Shown here one piece after another: positions 10,463 through 22,285 of a stretch of DNA of 64,000 nucleotides. Position numbers and translations under genes: made by a program. The stretch lies in the NCBI GenBank assembly GCA_963805855.1, contig CAWDVW010000002.1, positions 669,154-733,153 of the forward strand, given 5' to 3'. The stretch's first letter is position 1; each line of letters opens with the position of its first letter. Under the pieces are notes generated by a model. That model saw only the letters and a program-made list of their open reading frames with translations, was not told where the DNA came from and searched no databases. This stretch comes from Candidatus Dadabacteria bacterium. Lineage in GTDB: Bacteria; Desulfobacterota_D; UBA1144; Nemesobacterales; CSP1-2.

Positions 10463-10942
10463 ACGTCAACCGGTTTCAGAAGAGAAACAAATACGCTGAA
10501 GGACTTCGAATGCGCCAATCCATTCATATATTCCGCCACTATATTCAGCTATAAAAAAAGCAAAACCTTTGTTAATAGGGACACACTCTCAGAAACGCTA
10601 AAGCATCTTGAGAAATCGGCACATAGGCATAACCTGCAGGTCCTCGCCTATTGTTTTATGCCCGATCATCTTCACATTTTGGTTGGCTCCAATAACATTC
10701 AAGGTAGCCTAATAAATTTTATCAAGTATTTCAAGCAGAAAACCGGGTACGAATTTAAGAAGAAGCATCATATTAAACTATGGCAGAAAAGTTTTTACGA
10801 TCACATACTACGTAAGGAAGAATCGGTAATCGATTTAGTGAAATATATATTCAATAATCCCGTCAGAAAAGGGTTGGTTAAAGAGTTTAGGGAATACCCA
10901 TTCCTTGGTTCCATGGTGGTCGATCTAGATGATATTTATTAA
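10463..10942 (+). pseudogene. RAYT (REP-associated Y1/HUH tyrosine transposase) copy 1, start codon ATG>ACG
   Basis: Same 480-nt length and frame as 15447-15926 but begins ACG. Several N-terminal missense changes; HUH (MPDHLH) and catalytic Tyr (YIFNNP) retained. Confidence 0.8.
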
Positions 10943-11138
10943 ATGTAGCGGAAACCTTCAGGTTTCCATTCCCTTGTTTTATGGAGGCGGCGTTGGAAAA
11001 CGCCGCCTATCGTTATTGACACGCTATTTATTATGGATAGTCGGGACATTCCAGTCCCGATAGAATCGCGTCTACACGTAGCGGAAACCTTTAGGTTTCC
11101 ACAATAAAAACCTGGAGGTCTAAAGACCTCCGCTACAT
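10943..11138. repeat. REP cluster downstream of RAYT copy 1
   Basis: GTAGCGGAAACCTTCAGGTTTCC, GCGGCGTTGGAAAACGCCGCCTATC, GATAGTCGGGAC..GTCCCGA, and a REPIN at 11078-11136. Confidence 0.9.
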
Positions 11139-11176
11139 AAAAAAAACCAGGGAATCCGTTATAACAGATTCCCTGG
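11139..11176 (-). terminator. Rho-independent terminator of the 14596->11253 operon
   Basis: Minus strand CCAGGGAATC-loop-GATTCCCTGG followed by T8. A second hairpin (GATAGGAAGG..CCTTCCTATC) lies at ~11201-11228. Confidence 0.8.
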
Positions 11177-11252
11177 CTCTTTAAAATCCTAACTTAAGGC
11201 GATAGGAAGGCTCAAGTGCCTTCCTATCCTTCAATTCATTCTAAAACCTACC

Positions 11253-13376
<2,124 letters not shown>

Positions 13377-13429
13377 TATTTATCCTCCTTTATTTGTTTT
13401 TTGAATGTCATAAACGTTTTCTCCTTAAT

Positions 13430-14545
13430 TTAGAAACAACTAACAAATGGCAACCCGCAGAGTGCCCTTATGAATGGCTGTATTCCGAATAGATCGAGGA
13501 AACCAACGCTTGAGAACGGGGTTGATATAACGGAATCCATGCTTCCAGTGTCTCCACCGTTGTTCAGGCCATAGAAACCGCTGAATATGACACCTGGCGG
13601 TATCGCGGTAATAAATCCATCCAGGATCAACTGACCAACTTGATCTGGCCCTGAGCAGATATTGTCTCCGTCCTGGACAAGAAGGTTGTTCCCTTCCCTG
13701 CTCGCAGGATGCGCACCATTTATACCCAGATCAAAACCAACCACAGGACTCTGACCGAAAAGACCAAATACAATACTGGCTACGGTCCCTGCGTTGTCTA
13801 AATCGCATAAAAAGGCAACCGGTGGACAGTCTTCCACCTGTTCGTTCTCATCCCATATATTAGCGCTGAAACCGGCAAATATGTTTCCCGCAACAGATAC
13901 TGTCGCAGTACCTGTGGCCGTACTCAAATCAAATAGGGGTAGCACAGCAATCCCATAAACGTCAGACATGTTATTTCCATCGACACTGTCAAAAGGAATC
14001 GAATAATTTCCTGGCAGTGAGAAGAAGGCGCCTAATACGTCGCCAGCTATTGACAGCACCGAGAGGCCATTCAGGTTTGTCCTGTACTCATAACCCTCAT
14101 CCCTCACAATCCTTATATTTCCAATGGCTTGACCAAGCGCTATGTCACCATTTCCATCCGCTACCGACGCTACGAATATACCATAACTGGGATCACTGAA
14201 GTCTGTAATGTCCTGACCGTCATTAGAAACCATATTGCTCAAGTCATAGACAAATGTATCATCATGAGTGTAGGTGTCGAAGAAGCTCGTCACCCTACAA
14301 TTGTCCGAGACGTCAAATATCTGAACGTGAACCCTCAGAGGCAGGCTAGAGGTATTTGTAAGCTGAATCGTGGTGTTGCCCTCCCTCTGGTCAAAAACAC
14401 CAAAAAGCATTAGCACTCCAGTATCATTGTCAGTATCCGCGATTGAAAGCGGAAGTATTCCCCCGGCCCACGCCCTGGCCGGAACAAATATTAAAGCTGC
14501 AAGCAACAGCACTTTGAGCTTTGCCATAACACTTTTTAAAAGCAT
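13430..14545 (-). CDS. Secreted protein of unknown family, paralog of the core of 11253-13376
   Basis: Signal peptide MLLKS..ARAWA after SD AAGGAGG. An alternative in-frame start at 14596 has its own AAGGAGG SD. Shares several motifs with the downstream gene. Confidence 0.8.
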   Translation of the reverse strand: MLLKSVMAKLKVLLLAALIFVPARAWAGGILPLSIADTDNDTGVLMLFGVFDQREGNTTIQLTNTSSLPLRVHVQIFDVSDNCRVTSFFDTYTHDDTFVYDLSNMVSNDGQDITDFSDPSYGIFVASVADGNGDIALGQAIGNIRIVRDEGYEYRTNLNGLSVLSIAGDVLGAFFSLPGNYSIPFDSVDGNNMSDVYGIAVLPLFDLSTATGTATVSVAGNIFAGFSANIWDENEQVEDCPPVAFLCDLDNAGTVASIVFGLFGQSPVVGFDLGINGAHPASREGNNLLVQDGDNICSGPDQVGQLILDGFITAIPPGVIFSGFYGLNNGGDTGSMDSVISTPFSSVGFLDLFGIQPFIRALCGLPFVSCF

Positions 14546-14743
14546 AACGTTTATCCTCCTTCTTTGTTTTATTTCTTCTGATACAACTTTAGTCATTTAT
14601 CATCCTCCTTTTTTGTTTCTCAGAAATATTTGGGGGTTGGACAGAAGCAAATTGGTGTCAGAATGCGAGCCACTTCAAATATCCTTTGGTAACCTTCGGT
14701 TCGCCCCAAACTCAATTGCTCTGGCGATTTTTCCATTTCCCAA

Positions 14744-14902
14744 ATTACATCACACATAAATCACTTTGTCAAGACCTTTTTGTTTAAAATCAAAAAACAA
14801 GAAGTGGGTAACTCTGAGCCCTCCCTTAAGATTTTTCATATTACATCATATTCAGCATATTATGTCAATAGGCAATTTACAACTTTTTTGATTTTGCGTC
14901 AA
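14744..14902 (-). promoter_or_regulatory. Three tandem sigma70-type promoters
   Basis: Minus strand TTGACA-N17-TGTAAT (~14772), TTGACA-N17-TGTAAT (~14868) and TTGACG-N17-TAAATT (~14902). Confidence 0.65.
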
Positions 14903-15289
14903 GATGCCCATCTTTACAATTTCTTTTTGCATGATCATTAATCTCGACTTTGGTAAAGCATCCGAACATTCCGAATATAAAGTATCCGAATATATAGAAG
15001 AAAGTCAAGAGAAAATCATTTGCATATGATGCGAAACAAGAATTTCATTATCACCTTCTGGTATTCTGGTATTAAGGTAGCTTCTGTTACCTCAATTCCA
15101 GTCCTCGACAACAAGACGGTATAGGTAAATAGTTGCCGCTGAATATGATATGATGTTCCGTTCTCCATATCTCTAATATTAAAAAGTGTGTGATAGGAGA
15201 AAGGTTCAATCTCGGAGTTTATCTGAAATACATCGAAGGGCAAATGACGGAGTTGTGGGAGCCAGTGGCAGGAATAAGGAATATGATTA

Positions 15290-15440
15290 TTCTAGCGGCG
15301 ACATTCAGACATCTGTGATGTCTTGGTTTAGATGTAGCGGAAACCTTCATGTTTCCACAATAAAAACCTGGAGGACTAAAGTCCTCCGCTACACAAGAAG
15401 GCAGTATAATTGTTGTAAGGGTCACATTTAGGTCGCCACA
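15290..15440. repeat. REP/REPIN cluster upstream of RAYT copy 2
   Basis: REPIN variant at 15334-15392 and degenerate GGCGAC-type REPs; homologous to 10300-10460. Confidence 0.85.
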
Positions 15441-15446
15441 CAAAGA

Positions 15447-15926
15447 ATGTCAACCGGTTTCAGAAGAAAGACAAATAGGCTGAAGGACTTCGAATACACC
15501 AATCCATTCATATATTCCGTCACTATATGCAGCTATAAAAAAAGCAAAACCTTTGTTAATAGGGACACAGTCTCAGAAACGGTAAAGCATCTTGGGAAAT
15601 CGGCACATAGGCATAACCTTCAGGTGCTCGCCTATTGTTTTATGCCCGATCATCTTCACATTTTGGTTGGCTCCAATAACATTCAAGGTAGCCTAATAAA
15701 TTTTATCAAGTATTTCAAGCAGAAAACCGGGTACGAATTTAAGAAGAAGCATCATATTAAACTATGGCAAAAAAGTTTTTACGATCACATACTACGTAAG
15801 GAAGAATCGGTAATCGATGTAGTGAAATATATATTCGATAACCCCGTTAGAAAAGGGTTGGTTAAAGAGTTTAAGGATTACCCATTCCTTGGTTCTATGG
15901 TGGTCGATCTAGATGATATTTATTAA
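15447..15926 (+). CDS. rayT: REP-associated tyrosine transposase (RAYT; IS200/IS605 Y1 HUH superfamily)
   Basis: YSVTIC, AYCFMPDHLHIL (HUH), WQKSFYDHILR, YIFDNPVRKGLV; flanked on both sides by GTAG-hairpin REPs. Confidence 0.9.
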   Translation: MSTGFRRKTNRLKDFEYTNPFIYSVTICSYKKSKTFVNRDTVSETVKHLGKSAHRHNLQVLAYCFMPDHLHILVGSNNIQGSLINFIKYFKQKTGYEFKKKHHIKLWQKSFYDHILRKEESVIDVVKYIFDNPVRKGLVKEFKDYPFLGSMVVDLDDIY

Positions 15927-16430
15927 ATGTAGCGGAAACCTTCAGTTTTCCATTCCCTTGTTTTATGGAGGCGGCGTTGGAAAACGCCGCCTATCGTTAT
16001 TGACACGCTATTTATTATGGATAGTCGGGACATTCTTGTCCCGATAGGTTTCCATTCCATTTGCCTTGTGGAGGACTAAAGTCCTCCGCTACATAAAAAA
16101 TGTCATTCAACCAGTTCGAAAGGCTCAGTACAGGCTCCAGCGAAGCAATCTCACAACCTGTCATTCACAAACGCATTTATTGGGAATCCATCAAAATACC
16201 TGTGGATCCCCGATAAGGCTTGTCCCCGCATGTTTCCCCGATAAATACTTTCGAGGACAAGTCTGGCGGGGAATTCTCGGGGTGACAAATTAGACGTCAT
16301 TCCCGCGGATTCCCCGTTAAACGCAAACGGGGACAGGCGTTAGTGTGAATCCAGAAAAACAATGGATGCCCGATTACGTTCCTCGGGCATGACAACAAAA
16401 GTAGATCCCCGATAGAGGTGCTCGGCGATG
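15927..16430. repeat. REP cluster plus GTCA..TGAC palindromes with nested hairpins
   Basis: 15927-16045 is nearly identical to 10943-11062. It is followed by GTCATT..GAAGCAATCTC and GTCATTCCCGCG..GAATCC..TGAC units. Confidence 0.85.
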
Positions 16431-16623
16431 AAAGAATAGGGAATTCACGAGTTAAATCCGCATAAGAGTTGAACTTGCTTCTCCATTTTCTCATTATTTG
16501 TTATATTTTTAACAAAACCTGTATAATTGTTTCCTGCTAGGAAAAATTTCTGTTGATTAAAAAAGGATATAATGAGATACTTAATAGCAATTTGAGAATC
16601 CAGTATTCAGGAGAAGAAATAAC

Positions 16624-19542
16624 TTGAGCAGAATATTTCATACCATTAGGAAAACACACCTCCATTTAATCATAATCGCGCTCGTATTCTATATCGGTTT
16701 CTTTTCATCCGTTTCCCAAAACGTAGAGAGTGACAACCAACTTAACAGCCTTGCCTTCTTGCCTGTAGTGACTAAATATGTGAACAAATACTACGTCGAC
16801 AAAAGCGCTATACATCCCAAAGCCATGCTCGTAAAGGGCATGGAAAGACTTGAGACCATGCTAGACGAAGTTCTCGTAGAGTTTCCAAACGGTGAGAATA
16901 GCAAAACATTTAAGGTTCAGGTATTGAACGACTCAAAAACCTTTAACATTGGCGACGTTAACAATTTGGATGATGTGGGGGATAGGCTTAAAGAGGTCTT
17001 CCAGTTCATCCAGCCTCGTCTTACATCGGATGAGCCAAGCATCCAGAACGTCGGATACGTAGTTACAGATGAAATGCTTAAAACGCTCGACCCACATTCA
17101 GGGATCATCACTCCCCAGATCTACCAGGAATTCATGATCGAAACGGAGGGTAGCTTTGGAGGGCTTGGTATTGTAATAGGGATAAGGGATGGGCAGCTCA
17201 CGGTGATCTCCCCGATTGAAGGAACACCTGCCTACAATGCAGGCATAAAGCCAAACGACAGGATAGTCCAGATAGAGGATGAATCCACAATAAATATGTC
17301 GCTTATCGAGGCGGTAGGAAAATTAAGGGGCCGCAAGGGAACGGAGGTAACCATTTATGTAAATAGAGAGGGATTTCCCGAGCCCAAGAAATTCAAGATG
17401 ATCAGGGACACAATAAATATCCAAAGCGTCGAAACATTCGATTTAGACAAAGGGATTTTATACGTGAGAATAAGGGATTTTCAGAAGAACACCTTTGACA
17501 GCATAAAAGAAGCATTGCAAGACAAAAACGGCAGGGTCAAAGGACTGATTCTCGATCTCAGAGGTAACCCGGGGGGTCTACTGGATCAGGCAGAGAAGGT
17601 GTCAGACGCCTTCCTAAAAAACGGTGTAATAGTCATAACAAAGATAGGGGACTCTGACAAAGAATATAGTGCAAGCGACGATATTTCTGATTACACCGGT
17701 GAGATAGTAGTCCTGATAGACTCGGGGAGCGCAAGCGCATCGGAAATCGTCGCAGGTGCCCTGAAGAATAATGAAAGGGCAGTGCTCGTCGGGCAGCGAA
17801 GCTTCGGCAAGGGCTCTGTCCAACAGATATTTGATCTAAATGATGGTTCTGCCCTTAAACTCACAATCGCAGATTACCTGACACCCGGTAATATCTCGAT
17901 TCAGGATGTAGGAATCACGCCGGATATAATGCTCAATCCTGTGCTAATTTCCAAGGAAAATGTCATCTTTAATCCCCCTTCGGATAAACCCCAAACAAAT
18001 TCGGATGAGAAAACAAAGCCATTGGAGGATCCGATTTATTCCATCAAATATCTTGATACCTCGACCATCGTCAATGAAGAAGAAGAGATAAAGCCTGAAG
18101 AGGCAATGAGCAGGGAGGAAAAAATACAGAAACTTAACGGGGACTTTTATATCGACGTTGCGAAAGAAATCATCAATTCTACTAGCTCTACGTACAGGAA
18201 AGAGATACTCAGTCAATCGAAAGGCGATATAGATAAAATTTCAAAGGAGCAAGAGGCAAAGATGGGAGAAACTTGGAAGGGCCTCGGGGTAGACTGGTCT
18301 CCTTCGGAATCAGAGTCCGGTTCGCCTGATATATCAGTTAAGGTTTCCCCAGCATTGCCCATCGCTAAAGCAGGAGAGAAGCTCGAAATAACTGCGGAAG
18401 TAACCAATCGGGGCAAGTCGCCTATTTATAGATTGGAAGCCATAACAAAATCTGACAATCCGAGTCTCGACGGAAAGGAATTCACATTCGGCAAATTAAA
18501 CCCTGGTGAAGAAAAATCCTGGACCGACACCTTTGATATCCCTGAATGGGCACTCAGAAGCGAAGATGAAATAACTCTGCATTTTGGAGACGCCGAAAAC
18601 AAAAAACTAAAAGATTACACTTTCAAGGCAAGAGTAGAAGAATTGCCAAGACCATCGTTTTCATTTAATTATTCTATCGTCGACGACGGACGATACAACT
18701 CTCATGGAAATGGAAATGGCATCCCGGAGTTCGGAGAAACCATAGCCCTTTTGGTAAGGATTAAAAACAGCGGCCAGGGTGTAGCAAAGAAGGGCATTGT
18801 AACACTTAAGAATAACTCAGGGGAAAAGCTGTTTTTAACAAAAGGAAGGTTTGAATTTGAGAACCTTCAACCAGCTGAAATGAGAGAGACTCCCCTCAAT
18901 TTTGAGGTTAAGAAGCCCGACTCAAAGATTGACTTGGAGCTTCAGATCCTCGATGAAGTCCTAAGAGAGGGTTTCATTAGCAAAATCAATATCCTTGAAA
19001 GCGAGAAGGAGGCGAATTTTCTCAATAACTCGCAGAATATTGTTGTGTTAAACGATAAAACGCTCATCAAGGGGGGCAGCTTCACGGACGCGCCTGTTCT
19101 TGCAATATCCGATAAGGGGGCGGGTTTCGAGACAATTGGAGAAAACGATGAGTGGGTCAAAATTAGACTTAACGAAAACACGGTAGGTTGGGTAAGAAAG
19201 GATGATATCATCTTCGTAGACTTTGTAAGCTCTTCTCCCGACACGCAGAATTTGAAAGAATATTTTGAAGGACCTCCTGTCTTAAGCATCGTAGATCCGC
19301 CACTTGCAACTGAGTCTGATACAATCACCATTAAGGGTTCGGCAGAGGACGCTGATGGCGTGGCGCTCGTTTATGTCTTTTTGGATGAAGACAAGGTTAT
19401 GCTACTACCCTCAAGAGAAAATAAAGTTCCAATTTCCGTTAACTTAAAACTTCACGAAGGGACTAATATGATAACGTTCCTTGCAAAAGACTCAAAAGGG
19501 CTGATCTCTAAAAAGTCTTTTGCTATAAGGAAAGATGGTTAG
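16624..19542 (+). CDS. S41 C-terminal processing protease with PDZ domain and extended Ig-like/SH3 C-terminus (MXAN_5808-like)
   Basis: LDPHS, FGGLGIVI PDZ, LDLRGNPGGLL, SASASEIVAGAL, FGKGSVQ; C-terminal WVKI..GWV SH3-like segment. Confidence 0.9.
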   Translation: MSRIFHTIRKTHLHLIIIALVFYIGFFSSVSQNVESDNQLNSLAFLPVVTKYVNKYYVDKSAIHPKAMLVKGMERLETMLDEVLVEFPNGENSKTFKVQVLNDSKTFNIGDVNNLDDVGDRLKEVFQFIQPRLTSDEPSIQNVGYVVTDEMLKTLDPHSGIITPQIYQEFMIETEGSFGGLGIVIGIRDGQLTVISPIEGTPAYNAGIKPNDRIVQIEDESTINMSLIEAVGKLRGRKGTEVTIYVNREGFPEPKKFKMIRDTINIQSVETFDLDKGILYVRIRDFQKNTFDSIKEALQDKNGRVKGLILDLRGNPGGLLDQAEKVSDAFLKNGVIVITKIGDSDKEYSASDDISDYTGEIVVLIDSGSASASEIVAGALKNNERAVLVGQRSFGKGSVQQIFDLNDGSALKLTIADYLTPGNISIQDVGITPDIMLNPVLISKENVIFNPPSDKPQTNSDEKTKPLEDPIYSIKYLDTSTIVNEEEEIKPEEAMSREEKIQKLNGDFYIDVAKEIINSTSSTYRKEILSQSKGDIDKISKEQEAKMGETWKGLGVDWSPSESESGSPDISVKVSPALPIAKAGEKLEITAEVTNRGKSPIYRLEAITKSDNPSLDGKEFTFGKLNPGEEKSWTDTFDIPEWALRSEDEITLHFGDAENKKLKDYTFKARVEELPRPSFSFNYSIVDDGRYNSHGNGNGIPEFGETIALLVRIKNSGQGVAKKGIVTLKNNSGEKLFLTKGRFEFENLQPAEMRETPLNFEVKKPDSKIDLELQILDEVLREGFISKINILESEKEANFLNNSQNIVVLNDKTLIKGGSFTDAPVLAISDKGAGFETIGENDEWVKIRLNENTVGWVRKDDIIFVDFVSSSPDTQNLKEYFEGPPVLSIVDPPLATESDTITIKGSAEDADGVALVYVFLDEDKVMLLPSRENKVPISVNLKLHEGTNMITFLAKDSKGLISKKSFAIRKDG

Positions 19543-19562
19543 GCTAAGGACATGCTAACCGA

Positions 19563-20492
19563 ATGGTCAAATTCATTCTTGGTCGGGTCTTTACAGGAGC
19601 GTTTGTTGTCATTGTCGTATCGTCTATCACTTTTTTCCTCCTAAGAGTCCTCCCGGGCGGCCCCTTTGATACAGAAAAGAAGCTCCCACCCCAGATTCTG
19701 ATCAATATAGAGCAAAAATACAGGCTGACAGAGCCGGTATGGAAGCAATACCTTATATACATGGATAATCTGTTAACCGGTGACTTCGGACCCTCCTACA
19801 AGTACGTTGACAGGACCGCAAACGATATTATCGGAGACACGCTCCCGGTATCTATGGAGTTAGGTCTAGTCGCGCTGCTAACCTCTATCATATTGGGTAC
19901 ATCGATTGGCACGATTTCGGCGGCCAGGCCTAGGGGATTGTTCGATTTTACCGCTGTATCCCTATCTACCGCTCTGGTATCTGTGCCAAGCTTCGTCATA
20001 GGTGCACTCTTAATCTACGTGTTCTCCGTAAAACTGGGCTGGTTTCCAGCAGCTCTGTGGGGAGATGCCAGACACCTTGTACTACCTGCACTGACCCTCG
20101 CCCTGGGTCCGGCCGCCTATCTGGCGCGTCTCGTCAGGGCAAGCATGTTAGAGACATCCCAAGCGACATTTATAAGAACCGCAAGGGCAAAGGGACTAAG
20201 CGAGACAAGGGTGGTCGTGAAACACATACTCAGAAATGCCCTGATTCCCGTGGTTACCGTTCTGGGTCCCATCACCGCCTACCTGATTACTGGATCATTT
20301 GTAGTGGAACACATTTTTGCAATCCCCGGAATGGGTAGGTTTTTCGTTTTTGCCGTATCAAATAGGGACTACCCGCTCGTGATGGGAATTACAATCGTCT
20401 ACACGGTTATACTGGTTATGGCCAACCTCCTTGTAGATATACTCTATATTCTGTTAGATCCAAGAATTACCTTTGACAAAAGTAGAAGTTAG
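19563..20492 (+). CDS. oppB: Oligopeptide ABC transporter permease (OppB-like)
   Basis: LPGGPF, GDFGPSY, ARAKGL..HILRNALIPV, RDYPLVMG, DPRI. Confidence 0.85.
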   Translation: MVKFILGRVFTGAFVVIVVSSITFFLLRVLPGGPFDTEKKLPPQILINIEQKYRLTEPVWKQYLIYMDNLLTGDFGPSYKYVDRTANDIIGDTLPVSMELGLVALLTSIILGTSIGTISAARPRGLFDFTAVSLSTALVSVPSFVIGALLIYVFSVKLGWFPAALWGDARHLVLPALTLALGPAAYLARLVRASMLETSQATFIRTARAKGLSETRVVVKHILRNALIPVVTVLGPITAYLITGSFVVEHIFAIPGMGRFFVFAVSNRDYPLVMGITIVYTVILVMANLLVDILYILLDPRITFDKSRS

Positions 20493-20496
20493 AGCT

Positions 20497-21234
20497 ATGA
20501 GAAACATCAAACTAACAATAGAGTATGACGGGACCAACTACCTTGGCTGGCAGAGCCAAAAGAGAGGGACTACCATACAGGAAGCCATCGAGACTGCTAT
20601 CGAAAAAATCACCAAAAACGGGGTTAAGCTCATAGGATCCGGAAGGACAGACAGCGGTGTTCATGCCCTGGGTCAGGTGGCAAATTTTAAGACCTCAAGC
20701 GGACTGCCCGCCTATCAGCTTCAAAAGGCGCTTAACGCTATCCTCCCTAAAGATATCTCTATCGTAAAATGTGAGGAAGCGGATGTGACATTTCATTCAC
20801 AATTCGATGCTAAGAGTAAGATATATGCCTATGTAATATTATACCGCCCATACCCCTCAGCGCTGGAGAGGCTCAGGGCCTGGCACATCCCATTCGCATT
20901 GCATCTACCGAAAATGACGGAAGCCTCAAAAGCCCTTATAGGTAAACATAATTTCAGCGCATTTGGTCTATCCACGCACACCCTGAGATCAACCGTCAGG
21001 GAGGTATTAAAGCTCGAAATATCATTAAGAGAAAATGATAATCTATATTTTGAAATTGAAGCCACGGGGTTCCTAAAAAGAATGGTAAGACTGGTTGTAG
21101 GGACGCTTATTCAGGTCGGAAGGGATAGAATCCCAGTGGACGGTGTCAGGAGAATATTGGAATCCGGGGAGAGAACCAAATTTGTACGAGCTGCCCCCCC
21201 GTGGGGGCTTTATCTGAAAGAGGTCAAGTATTGA
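20497..21234 (+). CDS. truA: tRNA pseudouridine(38-40) synthase
   Basis: IEYDGTNYLGWQ, GSGRTDSGVHALGQ, FLKRMVR, APPWGLYL. Confidence 0.95.
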   Translation: MRNIKLTIEYDGTNYLGWQSQKRGTTIQEAIETAIEKITKNGVKLIGSGRTDSGVHALGQVANFKTSSGLPAYQLQKALNAILPKDISIVKCEEADVTFHSQFDAKSKIYAYVILYRPYPSALERLRAWHIPFALHLPKMTEASKALIGKHNFSAFGLSTHTLRSTVREVLKLEISLRENDNLYFEIEATGFLKRMVRLVVGTLIQVGRDRIPVDGVRRILESGERTKFVRAAPPWGLYLKEVKY

Positions 21235-21304
21235 AGGCGATTCCGCATAAAACGCGAGATTGGAACGCCACCGCAATCTCACCTGTATAAATGACTTGAT
21301 GCCG

Positions 21305-21440
21305 GGTAGGTCACGAGTCTTGCTCGTTACAATTGATCGTCCCACCAGCAAGACTGGTGGGCTACCCTCTATAATTAGATCTTATCCCCGGGTAGGTCAC
21401 GAGTCCCTTCGATTGACTCAGGGCAGGCTTGCTCGTGGCA
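21305..21440. repeat. REPIN of GTAG-GTCACGAG and GTAG-CCCACCAG hairpins, plus a copy with a loop insertion
   Basis: GTAGGTCACGAGTCTTGCTCGT..CCCACCAGCAAGACTGGTGGGCTAC; the second arm at ~21391 carries an extra CCTTCGATTGACTCAGGGCAGG. Confidence 0.8.
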
Positions 21441-21473
21441 CGGACGATCGTCGGTTAAAATAACATAGCCAAA

Positions 21474-22235
21474 ATGAAATTCCTCAGATTCAGAACCCAA
21501 GATAGAAAAGTAAGACAAGGCTATCTTGAAGCAGGAAAAGTATTTGAGATCACGGGAGAGATCCTTGGTGAATATCATTCAACTGGCAACGAGTACAATT
21601 TCAATGACATAAAATTCCTGCCCCCATGCTCCCCGAGTAAGATCGTGGCAGTAGGACTTAATTACAGAGACCATGCCGAAGAGCTTAAAAAGAAGATTCC
21701 CGATGAACCCTTAATGTTCATGAAGCCATCGACCTCAATAATCGGACATGAAGATAAGATCATATACCCCCATCACATGTCCTCGCGTGTCGACTACGAA
21801 GGAGAGCTTGCAGTCGTTATCGGAAAAGAGGCAAAGTGGATAAATGAATCTGATGCAGTCGACTATATATTCGGATACACCTGCATAAACGATGTGACGG
21901 CCCGGGACCTTCAGGCAAAGGATGTTCAATACACAAGGGCGAAGGGATTCGATACCTTCGCCCCGATCGGTCCCGTTATAGAGACAGAAATCGATCCATC
22001 AGACTTAGAAATTTCGACATTACTTAATGGTGGGCTAAAGCAACATTCCAGGACATCTGAACTTATTTTCAATGTTCCGAGACTCGTTAGCTTCATCTCA
22101 AGGGTCATGACGCTTCTGCAAGGTGACATAATTGCCACAGGGACACCAGCGGGGATAGGGCCCATGAAAAATGGTGACAAGGTAGAAATAAAAATTCAGG
22201 GAATCGGGACGCTTAGAAATTATGTTGCATCATAG
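21474..22235 (+). CDS. Fumarylacetoacetate hydrolase family protein
   Basis: KIVAVGLNYRDH, DYEGELAVVIG, NDVTARD, KGFDTFAPIGP, GDIIATGTP. Confidence 0.95.
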   Translation: MKFLRFRTQDRKVRQGYLEAGKVFEITGEILGEYHSTGNEYNFNDIKFLPPCSPSKIVAVGLNYRDHAEELKKKIPDEPLMFMKPSTSIIGHEDKIIYPHHMSSRVDYEGELAVVIGKEAKWINESDAVDYIFGYTCINDVTARDLQAKDVQYTRAKGFDTFAPIGPVIETEIDPSDLEISTLLNGGLKQHSRTSELIFNVPRLVSFISRVMTLLQGDIIATGTPAGIGPMKNGDKVEIKIQGIGTLRNYVAS

Positions 22236-22285
22236 GTTGTGCAGGACGCAAATTCTTATACGTATATAACCGGTAATAAACTCAA

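Noticed and set aside
15210-15320. HepT/DUF86-like toxin fragment (..LWEPVAGIRNMII..) upstream of RAYT
   Set aside because: Very short, lacks the RxxxxH His and has no partner gene; likely chance, although the DNA is shared with 8245-8292.
15447-16430. IS605/TnpB or omega-RNA system next to the Y1 transposase
   Set aside because: No TnpB or IscB ORF; the downstream sequence is explained by REP and GTCA-type palindromes.
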